Below, in pieces: positions 27,523-37,685 of a stretch of DNA of 64,000 bases (its first letter is position 1; each line of letters opens with the position of its first letter). Location: NCBI GenBank assembly GCA_964597675.1, contig CAZQYV010000004.1:5590-69589 (forward strand). The letters are read 5' to 3'. A program made the translations under genes and the position numbers. The notes below the pieces were generated by a model. The model was not told the origin of the DNA. It was given only the letters and a program-made list of their open reading frames with translations, and ran no database searches. Source of the stretch: an uncultured Candidatus Saccharibacteria bacterium. Its GTDB lineage: Bacteria; Patescibacteriota; Minisyncoccia; Phycocordibacterales; DATDWN01.

Positions 27523-28140
27523 ATGAAAAAAATACAGAAGAAGAAACAAAAAATACTGCCAGAATACATGTCAGTAGCGAATTTTTTGTTTGAGGTTGGT
27601 ATTCTTGCAAAAACTCCGCGGAGTGGATTTCATTTCCTCGGCACAGGTGATCAGTCTGTGGCCGAGCATATTAACCGAGTTGGGTTTATTGCTTATGCTC
27701 TAGCCCAAATGGACGGAACTGTTGATATGGCCAAGGTTTTGAGTATGGCACTTTTTCACGATATATCAGAGACAAGAATTTCTGATCTAAATTATGTTCA
27801 CCAAAAGTATGTCGAGCGCAAGGAGCACGATGCGGTAAAGGATATCTCTGATAGTGTCACTTTTGGCAAACATATGTTCGCCTCGCTTGCTGAATATGAG
27901 GAGCGACAATCTCGTGAATCACAGTTGGTAAAAGATGCAGATAATCTGGAATGGATACTCGCATTGAAGGAGGAAGTGGACACTGGAAATACTCGGGCAC
28001 TTGAGTGGATTGTGCCTGCAACACAACGCCTCAAGACACCACATGCTAAAAAAATTGCAGAGGCAATTATGGTGACTGATTCAAACGATTGGTGGTTTAA
28101 TAAGGAGAGTCCGTGGTGGATTAATCGTAATAAAAAATGA
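27523..28140 (+). CDS. HD-domain phosphohydrolase (YfbR-like 5'-deoxynucleotidase family)
   Basis: The H...HD metal motif is present: VAEHINRVGFIAY ... ALFHDISETRISDLNYV. Confidence 0.6.
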   Translation: MKKIQKKKQKILPEYMSVANFLFEVGILAKTPRSGFHFLGTGDQSVAEHINRVGFIAYALAQMDGTVDMAKVLSMALFHDISETRISDLNYVHQKYVERKEHDAVKDISDSVTFGKHMFASLAEYEERQSRESQLVKDADNLEWILALKEEVDTGNTRALEWIVPATQRLKTPHAKKIAEAIMVTDSNDWWFNKESPWWINRNKK

Positions 28141-28748
28141 TGCCACTCTTGACTGATGAGAAGCATGAAAAGATGAAAGAGATATATGAAGAGTTGCTTG
28201 TTCTTACCGAGTCTCCGCTTTATACCTACCGTGTAGAAAATAATTATTTTCCAGTAATTGGAGAGGGAAGTTTAGATGCACATATCATGTTTATTGGGGA
28301 AGCACCGGGAAAAAATGAAGCGGAAACTGCTCGGCCGTTTTGTGGTCGATCAGGAAAATTGCTTGATGAAATGGTTGCATCCATCGGTTTAGAGCGAAAA
28401 GATGTCTATATAACAAACATAGTCAAAGACCGTCCACCAGAAAATCGCGACCCGAATCAAGAAGAGATAGATCTCTACGCACCATTTCTCGATCGTCAAA
28501 TAGAAATCATACAGCCACAAGTCTTGGCGACTCTCGGACGATTTTCTATGGTATATATTATGAATCGCCTCGGATGCGGTGACAAAGTAAAACCTATTGG
28601 TGAAATGCATGGCACTACATGTGTTGCAAAAACCACGTACGGCGATATTACTATCGTACCTTTGTACCATCCCGCTGTTGCATTGTATAACGGTAGTAAC
28701 AAGGCCACATTGATTAATGATTTTCAGGTTTTAAAACAATATATATAA
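28137..28748 (+). CDS. Uracil-DNA glycosylase, family 4
   Basis: GEAPGKNE (the GEAPG motif), FCGRSGKLLD, and a C-terminal HP motif. 4-nt overlap with the HD gene. Confidence 0.8.
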   Translation: MMPLLTDEKHEKMKEIYEELLVLTESPLYTYRVENNYFPVIGEGSLDAHIMFIGEAPGKNEAETARPFCGRSGKLLDEMVASIGLERKDVYITNIVKDRPPENRDPNQEEIDLYAPFLDRQIEIIQPQVLATLGRFSMVYIMNRLGCGDKVKPIGEMHGTTCVAKTTYGDITIVPLYHPAVALYNGSNKATLINDFQVLKQYI

Positions 28749-28788
28749 GAGTCTTTGATTTTAGGCCTAGATATGGCATTATTGATAT

Positions 28789-30636
28789 ATGAAATCATCA
28801 GACATTCGAGACAAATATCTTAATTTCTTTAAAAAACAGGGGCATGTCATTGTACCTTCCTCTCCTTTGGTGCCCGAAAATGATCCAACAACACTCTTTA
28901 CCGGATCTGGCATGCAACCAATGGTGCCATATCTCCTTGGTACACCACACCCCCTCGGTACACGTATTGCTGACTCGCAAAAATCATTTCGTACAGGAGA
29001 CATAGAAGATATTGGCGATAATAGGCACACGACCTTTTTCGAGATGCTCGGCAACTGGTCACTAGGTGACTATTTTAAACAGGAACAAATAAAGTGGATG
29101 TTTGCCTTTTTGGTAGATGAGCTCGGTCTTGATCCAAATAAATTGTACGTCACAGTTTTTATAGGTGATGAGAAAAATAATATTCCAAAAGACACCGAAG
29201 CAGCTGAGCTATGGAAAGAGTTGTTTATTTCAAAAGGCATCGAGGCGCAGGATATTGAAATTGGCAGCGAAAATGATGGATACATGAAGGGTATGCAGGG
29301 TGGCAGAATCTTTTACTATGATGCGGGTAAAAATTGGTGGTCACGTGCAGGAATCCCAGAAAAGATGCCAGCAGGCGAGCCAGGAGGGCCTGATTCCGAA
29401 ATGTTCTATGAGTTTACAGATATAAAGCACGATCCAAAATTTGGAAAATACTGTCATCCAAACTGCGATTGTGGGCGTTTTCTCGAGATCGGAAACAATG
29501 TTTTCATGGAATACAAGAAAAATCCAGATGGTACATTTTCTAAATTGCCACAAAAAAATGTTGATTTTGGTGGGGGATTCGAGCGTCTCGCTGTCGCCTC
29601 AATCAATACCCCTGACGTCTTTAAAATTGATATTTTTGAGCAAGTTATCAGAACACTTGAGCAACTATCGGGCAAACAATATGACGATTCTAAATATACT
29701 GCTTCATTTCGTATTATTGCTGATCATCTCCGCGCATCAGCATTCCTGATTGGTGATGGTGTGTTGCCAAGCAATAGTGACCAAGGCTATTTTGTCCGTC
29801 GATTGATTCGTCGTGCTGTACGATATTGGGATAAACTTGGAATCACAACAGATGGACTTTCGACTCTTGTCGATCCAGTATTACAATCCTACAATGACGC
29901 TTACCCAGAAACATATAACCAAAAGGATTTTATTAAAGAAGAGATAAGAAAAGAAGAAGAGAGATTTAGAAAAACACTTCAGAGCGGTTTGAAGGAATTT
30001 GAAAAGGGAGTAGATCCATTTATTCTTTTTACTACATTTGGTTTCCCTTTTGAACTGACAGTAGAATTGGCCAAAGAAAAGGGTATTGTGTTGGACGAGG
30101 AAAAATTTCATGAGGATTTAAAAAAGCACCAGGAGCTGTCTCGTGTCGGAAGCGAGCATAAATTTAAGGGAGGTCTGGGCAGTACAGGTGAAATGGAGAC
30201 AAAATATCACACCACAACACACATACTGCATCAGGCCCTTCGCGATGTACTTGGAAATGCAGTTTCACAAAAAGGAAGTAATATTACGGCAGAACGTCTG
30301 CGTTTTGACTTTACTCATGGATCAAAAATGACTGATGAGGAAAAAAGACTAGTCGAGGATATTGTGAATGAAAAGATAAAACAAGGTCTGCCTGTGCAAA
30401 AGGTTGTACTGAAAAAAGATGAGGCAGAAAAAACAGGTGCACTTCACTTTTTTGGTGACAAATACGGAGACGAAGTAAATGTTTATTACGTTGGAAATTC
30501 TATCGAAACAGCATACTCAAAAGAATTTTGTGGCGGTCCTCATGTCGAAAACACAGCAATGCTTGGACATTTCAAAATAATAAAAGAGGAAGCGATTTCT
30601 GCAGGTATCCGTCGTATAAAAGCAGTATTGGAATAA
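28789..30636 (+). CDS. alaS: Alanyl-tRNA synthetase, short form without the C-Ala domain
   Basis: The N-terminus matches AlaRS (KSSDIRDKYLNFFKKQGHVIVPSSPLVPENDPTTLFTGSGMQP). Editing-domain motifs HTTTHILHQALRDVLG and CGGPHV are present. The ORF ends right after the editing core at 615 aa. Confidence 0.85.
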   Translation: MKSSDIRDKYLNFFKKQGHVIVPSSPLVPENDPTTLFTGSGMQPMVPYLLGTPHPLGTRIADSQKSFRTGDIEDIGDNRHTTFFEMLGNWSLGDYFKQEQIKWMFAFLVDELGLDPNKLYVTVFIGDEKNNIPKDTEAAELWKELFISKGIEAQDIEIGSENDGYMKGMQGGRIFYYDAGKNWWSRAGIPEKMPAGEPGGPDSEMFYEFTDIKHDPKFGKYCHPNCDCGRFLEIGNNVFMEYKKNPDGTFSKLPQKNVDFGGGFERLAVASINTPDVFKIDIFEQVIRTLEQLSGKQYDDSKYTASFRIIADHLRASAFLIGDGVLPSNSDQGYFVRRLIRRAVRYWDKLGITTDGLSTLVDPVLQSYNDAYPETYNQKDFIKEEIRKEEERFRKTLQSGLKEFEKGVDPFILFTTFGFPFELTVELAKEKGIVLDEEKFHEDLKKHQELSRVGSEHKFKGGLGSTGEMETKYHTTTHILHQALRDVLGNAVSQKGSNITAERLRFDFTHGSKMTDEEKRLVEDIVNEKIKQGLPVQKVVLKKDEAEKTGALHFFGDKYGDEVNVYYVGNSIETAYSKEFCGGPHVENTAMLGHFKIIKEEAISAGIRRIKAVLE

Positions 30637-30661
30637 GTATTACGCGTGATATAATCTAATT

Positions 30662-31882
30662 ATGTTTTCATTCTCAAAAAAAGAGGAGTATGTTTCCTTG
30701 CTCGTTGATATAGGTAATGGAAATGTCTCTGCAAGTCTAGTGGTTTTTTCAATTACAAAAAAACCATTTATATTTTGCACCACTCAAAGTCCAATTTCTA
30801 TTGCATTAGAACCGCGCGCAGATGCTTTGTTATCCTCCATGATTGCTACAGTTGATGCCGTTGTTGGGGAGGTTCTCTCTTTGGGTTTTACTCACACTTA
30901 TTGGAAAGGAAAAGAGAAAAAAATACACGATGCACTATTGTCATTTTCATCACCGTGGTTTCTATCTCAATCGAAACGCATCCACATTGCAGAGGAAAAA
31001 GCATTTGTTATTACAGAACGTTTCCTACATGACATAATGGAAAAAGAGCGTGATTTATTTGAAAAGGAAGTCTCTCCACAAGGAGCTAAAGGTGTTTCGA
31101 GTGCATCTGTAGTTACTCTGGAGCAGGCGGTGACTAATACAAAGATCAATGGTTATCCACTCGACAATAGTATCGGAAAAAAGACAAAACTATTTGATAT
31201 TTCATTATATACATCATGTGCGCCAAATCAGGTTGTGGATGGGGTATTTCAAGTAATATCTAAGCATACCCATCTCTCGCACGATAAAGTGTACGCACAC
31301 ACATTTCCATTTATCACACATTCAGTTTTAGATATTATATATCCGAGATTGTCAGACTATCTGATTATGGATGTCACTGGCGAGGTGACGGACATTACTC
31401 TTGTCAAAGATAACTCGCTTGCCAAGACTGTTTCTTTTCCATCCGGTAGAAATTTGATGATACGCCAGATTGGCACGACATGTGGTGTCTCTCCTGAAAT
31501 TGCAGAATCTATCTTACATATATATACAGGAGGAAAAGGGGATGAGAGTGTAGCAAGACAAATGGAAGAGGTCTGTCGTAATGTAGGTCGTGAGTGGGAT
31601 GTTTATTTTAATGAAGCTCTGACGGGTCTTTCGGAAAAGGCAGATTTGCCTCCACGAGTATTTATTACAGCAGACAAGGACATGTCACAGTTTAGTATCA
31701 ATTTTCTAAACCTAATGAAACGTGACTCTACAGATACGTTCAAAAAAAATGTTGATCCGGTATATGTAGATGAGTCAGTATTCAAAACATTATGCACAAG
31801 AGACTCCCGACTACCAGAAAATGAATTTATTTCGCTACTTTCAGTTTTCTATGATGTATTTCTTAAAAAAGATAATAAGTAA
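30662..31882 (+). CDS. Actin-fold ATPase-like protein (FtsA/PilM-like)
   Basis: Phosphate-1-like LLVDIGNGNVSASLVVF and phosphate-2-like YLIMDVTGEVTDITLVKDNSL. The length of 406 aa is compatible with FtsA or PilM. Assignment is tentative. Confidence 0.4.
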   Translation: MFSFSKKEEYVSLLVDIGNGNVSASLVVFSITKKPFIFCTTQSPISIALEPRADALLSSMIATVDAVVGEVLSLGFTHTYWKGKEKKIHDALLSFSSPWFLSQSKRIHIAEEKAFVITERFLHDIMEKERDLFEKEVSPQGAKGVSSASVVTLEQAVTNTKINGYPLDNSIGKKTKLFDISLYTSCAPNQVVDGVFQVISKHTHLSHDKVYAHTFPFITHSVLDIIYPRLSDYLIMDVTGEVTDITLVKDNSLAKTVSFPSGRNLMIRQIGTTCGVSPEIAESILHIYTGGKGDESVARQMEEVCRNVGREWDVYFNEALTGLSEKADLPPRVFITADKDMSQFSINFLNLMKRDSTDTFKKNVDPVYVDESVFKTLCTRDSRLPENEFISLLSVFYDVFLKKDNK

Positions 31883-31934
31883 TCAACAGTTATTTTTGCA
31901 AAGTAAGTAAAATAGGGTACAATACAAAGAGGTT

Positions 31935-33335
31935 ATGGTAAATGAACGAAACAAAAAAATAGTTCAGGATATTATTCCAAACAAACGATCTATTCGTGAT
32001 GTCTCTCTACCGTCCCGCTCAGAGAGAGTGTCTGATAAAAAGAAACTTCCAGTCGACGAGTACTCTACTCCTATTTCAATGTATAAAGAGGCAGACGATG
32101 AGACTCCAATTGTTGGGGATATTTCTCCTGCACCTCTAGCATCACCAACACGGTCACCTATTGCGCCACCCTCATATCGGTATGAATACGACGAGCCACA
32201 AAAAAAATCACGTAAAATGCTGTATTCGGCAGTCATTGTGTTGGTTATCGCATCACTTTTTGGCATTTCAGCTTTTTTCAAAAGCGCAAAGGTCTCTGTT
32301 ACACCTAGGTACATATCAAAGACAATAAATGAGACATTTGTTGCAAAAAAAGATGAAGCAGGGAGTGATCTCGGTTTTCAGATAGTTACAATTACAAAAG
32401 ATGCAGAAAAATCTGTACCTGCAACAAGTGAACAGCAGGTGGATATAAAAGCACAGGGTACTATTGTTGTATTCAACAATACAACTGCATCACAGGTGCT
32501 AATACCGACAACACGTTTTCAAACACCGGGCGGACTTATTTATAAGTTGGTTAGTGGTACGACAGTACCTGCCAGACAGGTCAAAAATGGTAAAACTGTG
32601 CCGGGAAGTGTCGAGGTTATAGTACAGGCAGAATCAATTGGTGAAAAATACAATATTGGCTTATCCGACTTTACTATCCCAGGATTTAAGGGTGGCTCAA
32701 AATATACACAGATATATGCTCGATCAAAGACAAGCATGACAGGTGGTTTTTCTGGTATGCAAAAAGTAATTTCAAAAGAGGTGCTCGCCTCATCTGAAAC
32801 TGAACTTGATGCACAATTAAAATCTGCATTGATCGCTGATGTCGAAGCGCAAATTCCATCAAATTTTATGCTGTATCCGCAAGGTATTTCATACTCATTG
32901 GGTGCAGTTGTTCAGTCTACAGGTGGGTCTGATACTGCTATATTGAAAAAGAAAGGGACAATTACTGCTATTATCTTTGACAGAGGTTCGCTTTCTCGAG
33001 CAATTATACAAAAAATAATGCCTGATGTTTCCAATGATTTGGTAAAGATAACAAATCTTGGGGCTCAAACATTCTCACTAACATCTGACAATCTCGATAT
33101 AGGAAATGTAGAGTCTCTGACATTTAGATTGACTGGTAACACTGATTTTATATGGATTTTTGATGAAAATAAACTGAAAAGCGATATCCTAGGACTTTCT
33201 AGGGCACAAGCCACAGCCGTTATTGCTACATATACAGCAGTACAAGAAGCATGGATCGAGACTCAACCATTTTGGAATAAAACTGTCCCAAAAGACTCTA
33301 AAAAAGTCACTATTATAAATACTGTTGAAAAATAG
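31935..33335 (+). CDS. Bitopic membrane protein (Pro-rich cytoplasmic N-terminus, single TM, large extracytoplasmic domain)
   Basis: The TM segment is LYSAVIVLVIASLFGISAFF. It lies immediately downstream of the FtsA/PilM-like gene. No family recognised. Confidence 0.45.
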   Translation: MVNERNKKIVQDIIPNKRSIRDVSLPSRSERVSDKKKLPVDEYSTPISMYKEADDETPIVGDISPAPLASPTRSPIAPPSYRYEYDEPQKKSRKMLYSAVIVLVIASLFGISAFFKSAKVSVTPRYISKTINETFVAKKDEAGSDLGFQIVTITKDAEKSVPATSEQQVDIKAQGTIVVFNNTTASQVLIPTTRFQTPGGLIYKLVSGTTVPARQVKNGKTVPGSVEVIVQAESIGEKYNIGLSDFTIPGFKGGSKYTQIYARSKTSMTGGFSGMQKVISKEVLASSETELDAQLKSALIADVEAQIPSNFMLYPQGISYSLGAVVQSTGGSDTAILKKKGTITAIIFDRGSLSRAIIQKIMPDVSNDLVKITNLGAQTFSLTSDNLDIGNVESLTFRLTGNTDFIWIFDENKLKSDILGLSRAQATAVIATYTAVQEAWIETQPFWNKTVPKDSKKVTIINTVEK

Positions 33336-33406
33336 GCCCTGCTCAAGGAGTGGGGTTGACGAAGTGGCCTCTCATCTGCTAGTATATAACCCATTGATTA
33401 AAAGTA

Positions 33407-33628
33407 ATGCACGATCAGAACAAAAAAGACACGGCGGTCTCTGGTATTGTTACCGAGGCGTTACCAAACACCTTCTTTAAGGTGCGACGCGACGACACAG
33501 GTGAAGAGATGCTAACCTATCTTTCTGGTAAAATGAGACTGCATCGAATACGCGTTTTGATTGGAGACAAGGTCCTTGTCGAGATCGACCCGTATGGTGG
33601 AAAGGGACGAATTGTTAAACGAGGATAA
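33407..33628 (+). CDS. infA: Translation initiation factor IF-1
   Basis: S1-like fold sequence: [58 protein letters not shown]. Confidence 0.9.
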   Translation: MHDQNKKDTAVSGIVTEALPNTFFKVRRDDTGEEMLTYLSGKMRLHRIRVLIGDKVLVEIDPYGGKGRIVKRG

Positions 33629-33635
33629 TAATACT

Positions 33636-33752
33636 ATGAAAGTTAAATCATCAGTAAAAAAAATTTGCTCACAATGCCAAGTGGTCCGACGAAAGGGACA
33701 CGTATATGTTGTATGCAAAGCAAACGCACGCCATAAACAACGACAAGGATAA
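33636..33752 (+). CDS. rpmJ: 50S ribosomal protein L36
   Basis: [38 protein letters not shown]. The start was moved to the ATG at 33636 (38 aa). Confidence 0.85.
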   Translation: MKVKSSVKKICSQCQVVRRKGHVYVVCKANARHKQRQG

Positions 33753-33762
33753 TTAATTACAT

Positions 33763-34143
33763 ATGAGAATACTTGGAATCACACTACCAGAAGAAAAGCG
33801 TATTGAAATTGGCATGACCGTGCTATATGGCATTGGACGACCCCTAGCCATTACTATCCTAAAGAAAGCAGGTGTTTCTGTTGGATTAAAACCAAAGGAT
33901 CTGACTGTAGATCAGGAAAATGCTATTCGAAAAATGATCGAGGAATATAAAATCGAGGGTGATTTGAAGCGAGAGGTCGCAGGAAACATAAAAAGATTAA
34001 AAGACATCAAGGCATATCGTGGCTCACGACATGCTCGAGGTCTGCCATCCCGAGGACAGCGTACAAAGACAAATTCACGAACACGACGAGGTAATGTTCG
34101 AAAGACTATGGGTACAGGACGAAAGGTTGCCGACAAGAAATAA
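33763..34143 (+). CDS. rpsM: 30S ribosomal protein S13
   Basis: [25 protein letters not shown]...[20 protein letters not shown]. Confidence 0.9.
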   Translation: MRILGITLPEEKRIEIGMTVLYGIGRPLAITILKKAGVSVGLKPKDLTVDQENAIRKMIEEYKIEGDLKREVAGNIKRLKDIKAYRGSRHARGLPSRGQRTKTNSRTRRGNVRKTMGTGRKVADKK

Positions 34144-34171
34144 TCGCCATCATAAATCAAATTTAAACAAC

Positions 34172-34603
34172 ATGGGTAAAAAACGAATTGTAACAACAGG
34201 TGAATCAGGAGATACTGAGAAGAAATCATCTCAGGTTTCTGCAGTTTCAAAGAAAAAAGCTGATATCGGCATGCTTTTTGTACAGTCAACCTATAACAAC
34301 ACCAAAATTGTTTTGACAGACACAAAGGGTAACGTTCTTGCAACATCATCATCTGGCTCAATAGGATTTAAGGGTGCAAAAAAGGGTACTCCGTTTGCTG
34401 CAGCAAAGGTTGGTGAAATTATTGGCGGAAAGGCAAGTACAATGGGTATGCGCGAAGTTGCAGTTGTAGTAAAAGGTGTTGGATCTGGACGAGAATCTGG
34501 AATTCGAGGATTCATTTCAAAGGGAGTAAATATTACATCTATCAAGGATGTTACAGCTGTTCCACATAACGGACCAAAACCAAAGAAGCCACGACGAGTT
34601 TAA
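34172..34603 (+). CDS. rpsK: 30S ribosomal protein S11
   Basis: The start was set at MGKKRIV. GMLFVQSTYNNTKIVLTDTKGNVLATSSSGSIGFKGAKKGTPFAA. Confidence 0.9.
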   Translation: MGKKRIVTTGESGDTEKKSSQVSAVSKKKADIGMLFVQSTYNNTKIVLTDTKGNVLATSSSGSIGFKGAKKGTPFAAAKVGEIIGGKASTMGMREVAVVVKGVGSGRESGIRGFISKGVNITSIKDVTAVPHNGPKPKKPRRV

Positions 34604-34684
34604 AACAAAAGGTAAAAAGTAAGAAGTAATAAGTAAAAAATTACATCTTACTCATTACATACTTACATATTACATATTAAAATT

Positions 34685-35293
34685 ATGATTACTGGACCAA
34701 AATACAAAATTGCACGACGACTTGGAGCTCCTATTTTTGAGAAAACTCAGACTCAAAAATACGTGCTTCATACAGAGCGAAGAGGCAAGAAACGTGGCTT
34801 TTCAAAACCAAAGTCAGAGTATGGTATTCAGATGAATGAAAAGCAAAAAGCTCGTTTTACCTACGGCCTTTCTGAGCGACAATTTTCAAATTACGTAAAA
34901 GCTGCACTCGAGAAAAAATCAACACATGCTGTCGGCGCGATTTTCCACTCACTCGAATCACGTTTAGACAATGTTGTATACCGCCTCGGTTTATCTAAAA
35001 CACGTCTCGGTAGTCGCCAGATGGTTTCTCATGGACATATTCTTGTCAATGGACGACGTGGAACTGCACCATCTCGACAGCTTGTCGTAGGGGATACAGT
35101 AGAAATACGTGCAGGATCTTTGGGACGCGGAATTTTCGCAAATCTAGAAGAGAATCTGAAAAACACAACTGTTCCATCATGGATTTCGTTTGATATAACA
35201 AAAAAGACAGCAAAAATAGTCGGCGCACCACTATGGGTACCATCTGATAACATGTTTGATCTCAATGCGGTTGTTGAATTCTATAGCCGATAG
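34685..35293 (+). CDS. rpsD: 30S ribosomal protein S4
   Basis: Pattern ...YGLSERQF...RLDNVVYRLGLSKTRLGSRQMVSHGHILVNGRR (S4 domain). Confidence 0.9.
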   Translation: MITGPKYKIARRLGAPIFEKTQTQKYVLHTERRGKKRGFSKPKSEYGIQMNEKQKARFTYGLSERQFSNYVKAALEKKSTHAVGAIFHSLESRLDNVVYRLGLSKTRLGSRQMVSHGHILVNGRRGTAPSRQLVVGDTVEIRAGSLGRGIFANLEENLKNTTVPSWISFDITKKTAKIVGAPLWVPSDNMFDLNAVVEFYSR

Positions 35294-35359
35294 CAGAAGG
35301 TGTTGATTTATTTCATTAATTAAGGTATAATTTAAAAATTAAATTTTTAACGCATTACT

Positions 35360-36322
35360 ATGTCTGACTACACAATCGTATTGCCATCAAAGCCAAAAAT
35401 CGTCTCCGAAGCCGATTTTACTGGCTCATATGAGATTGATGGTCTGTACCCAGGGTACGGACACACACTTGGTAACTCTCTCCGGCGTATTATCTTGTCA
35501 TCACTACCAGGAGCTGCTATTACGAGTGTCAAAATCACTGGTGTAGAGCACGAGTTTTCAGTTGTTCCGGGTATGAAGGAAGATGCTATTACTGTTTTAC
35601 TTAACCTCAAGCGAGTTCGTATCCGAATGGTTGGCGACGAACCACAGGTTTTGACATTGAAAGTAAAGGGTGTAAAAGAAGTGACTGCGGGGGACATCAA
35701 ACTTCCCGGTGGTGTCGAAATTCTTAATCCAGAGTTGGTTATCGCAACTCTAGTAGACAAAACTGCAGAGCTTGATATGGAGATTACTGCTGAAAAGGGC
35801 CTCGGCTTTGTATCAAAAGAAGTACTTCAGAAAAATCGTGTTGATATTGGCCAAATCACTCTCGACGCAATCTTTACTCCTATCCGACGCGTAAGTTACG
35901 AAGTAGAAAATATGCGTGTTGGTGACCGAACAGATTTCAACCGATTAAAGTTGTTTATCGAAACTGACGGGACAATTGATCCAAAAGATGCGCTTGAAAA
36001 GTCAATCGAAGTTATGATTAGCCAACTAAAAGCGATCATTGGTTTCAAAGAAGAGGATGTGCTCATGCCAACCGCAAACCACAACAAGGCAGATGCAGAG
36101 GAAAAAAGTGATGAGGTTGACGAAGATGTTTTGAAAACACGAATCGAGACACTTGATCTTTCTGCTAGAACACTTAACGCACTTTCAAATGCAAATATCC
36201 GAACTGTCGGAGGTTTGGCTCGAAAGAAAGAGAAAGACATTCTAGAAATCGACGGACTTGGTTCAAAAGGCCTAAATGAAATCAAAGCGGTCTTGGAAAC
36301 ATTTGATATTACATTAAAATAA
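35360..36322 (+). CDS. rpoA: DNA-directed RNA polymerase subunit alpha
   Basis: GYGHTLGNSLRRIILSSLPGAAITSVKI and a C-terminal alphaCTD helix-hairpin-helix (LDLSARTLNALSNANIRTVGGL). Confidence 0.9.
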   Translation: MSDYTIVLPSKPKIVSEADFTGSYEIDGLYPGYGHTLGNSLRRIILSSLPGAAITSVKITGVEHEFSVVPGMKEDAITVLLNLKRVRIRMVGDEPQVLTLKVKGVKEVTAGDIKLPGGVEILNPELVIATLVDKTAELDMEITAEKGLGFVSKEVLQKNRVDIGQITLDAIFTPIRRVSYEVENMRVGDRTDFNRLKLFIETDGTIDPKDALEKSIEVMISQLKAIIGFKEEDVLMPTANHNKADAEEKSDEVDEDVLKTRIETLDLSARTLNALSNANIRTVGGLARKKEKDILEIDGLGSKGLNEIKAVLETFDITLK

Positions 36323-36339
36323 CAGCTTAACGGACGAGT

Positions 36340-36687
36340 ATGAATCACCACAACACAAACAGAAAATTTGGACGAGTACGAAAGGTACGAAATGCATTGC
36401 TCAAGTCTCTTGCGCTTTCTTTGGTGCTTCATGGAAAAATCACAACAACAGATGCAAAAGCACGTGAACTTCGTCCATATGCTGAAAAAATGGTTACACA
36501 AGGACGATCTGATACTGTTACAGCACGACGTTTGTTGTCAGCAAAAATTGGTCTCCCTGGAACACTAAAACTTATCAAAGATATATCTCCACGATATGCG
36601 AAACGTGCTGGTGGATACACTCGTATCACCAAATTGCCACGACGAAAAAGTGATGGCAGTCTAATGGCGGTTATTGAATTTGTATAA
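36340..36687 (+). CDS. rplQ: 50S ribosomal protein L17
   Basis: RKFGRVRKVRNALLKSLALSLVLHGKITTTDAKARELRPYAEKMVT. Confidence 0.9.
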   Translation: MNHHNTNRKFGRVRKVRNALLKSLALSLVLHGKITTTDAKARELRPYAEKMVTQGRSDTVTARRLLSAKIGLPGTLKLIKDISPRYAKRAGGYTRITKLPRRKSDGSLMAVIEFV

Positions 36688-36727
36688 GGTTGTAAATTCT
36701 AACGTTCTGTGGTAATAATATAAAATC

Positions 36728-37072
36728 ATGAAATACGTACTAGATGCAGAAAACAAACGAATCGGACGCATTGCCACACAGGCTGCGGTATTTCTAATGG
36801 GCAAAAATACTCCAGAGTTTAAGCGTAACGCAATCCCTCAGATTGTGGTAGAAATCAAGAATACATCAAAAGCATTGATAGACGAGCGAAAGCTCGACCA
36901 GAAGCGATATAGCCGATATTCTGGCTATCCAGGAGGCCTCAAGCAACCTACAATGAAGCAGGTGATTGATAAAAAGGGCTACAACGAGCTTTTCCGTGAG
37001 GCAGTTTCAGGAATGCTTCCAAAAAACAAACTTCGATCAAAAATGATGCTTAATTTAATTATTACAGAATAA
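36728..37072 (+). CDS. rplM: 50S ribosomal protein L13 (short form)
   Basis: LDAENKRIGRIATQAAVFLMGKNTPEF ... YSRYSGYPGGLK. Confidence 0.85.
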   Translation: MKYVLDAENKRIGRIATQAAVFLMGKNTPEFKRNAIPQIVVEIKNTSKALIDERKLDQKRYSRYSGYPGGLKQPTMKQVIDKKGYNELFREAVSGMLPKNKLRSKMMLNLIITE

Positions 37073-37077
37073 TAGAC

Positions 37078-37476
37078 ATGACTGATACAAAAGAAAAATA
37101 CATAGAGGCGGTAGGACGACGAAAGACATCTGTTGCTCGCGTTCGTATTACTCCAGGATCAAAAATGTCATTTACAGTCAATGACAAGGATGTTCATGAC
37201 TATTTTCCGCTCGCTGATATGCATGGTATCGTCAAACAACCATTTACAGATATCGCTGAAAAATTTAAAGTTACCGCTCACATTGTCGGTGGTGGCATCC
37301 ACTCACAATCAGAAGCAATGCGACACGGTATTGCACGAGCACTTGTTGCATACAATATGGATTTTCGCCGACCACTCAAGAAAGAGGGAATGCTCAAACG
37401 AGATCCTCGCATGAAGGAGCGACGAAAGTTCGGCTTGAAGAAAGCTCGAAAATCTCCTCAATGGAGTAAGCGTTAA
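37078..37476 (+). CDS. rpsI: 30S ribosomal protein S9
   Basis: GRRKTSVARVRITPG ... the GGGIHSQSEAMRHGIARAL region ... RDPRMKERRKFGLKKARKSPQWSKR. Confidence 0.9.
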   Translation: MTDTKEKYIEAVGRRKTSVARVRITPGSKMSFTVNDKDVHDYFPLADMHGIVKQPFTDIAEKFKVTAHIVGGGIHSQSEAMRHGIARALVAYNMDFRRPLKKEGMLKRDPRMKERRKFGLKKARKSPQWSKR

Positions 37477-37492
37477 AACTTCGACTCCATAC

Positions 37493-37642
37493 TATTTTCT
37501 CACCGTCCTCGTCTTTTGTTGGATGAAGCGTATTTTGACCGGCCTTCCGCAGACTCCCTTTGGTCGCCCTTTCAGGGCACGTGCTCACGGCCAGTCAAAA
37601 TACTGTCATCCATGACAAAAGTCTGCGAATGGTGATAAAATA
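37493..37642 (+). repeat. ~150-nt structured repeat element, copy A (between rpsI and grpE)
   Basis: Homologous to 41119-41272 over its full length (blocks CCGTCCTCG, GCCTT-CGCAGA-TCC-TT, GGGCACGTGC-CACGGC, CTGCGAATG). The ends are inverted (TATTTTCTCACC ... GGTGATAAAATA). The internal hairpin CCCT-TTC-AGGG corresponds to CCCC-TGC-GGGG in copy B, a compensatory change. Confidence 0.6.
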
Positions 37643-37685
37643 CTATGGAATCTACGTATGACTAGACTAATATAGATAAAACAAC

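Noticed and set aside
35896-36501. 201-aa minus-strand ORF across the rpoA/rplQ junction.
   Set aside because: It overlaps highly conserved ribosomal/RNAP genes on the other strand and has implausible composition.
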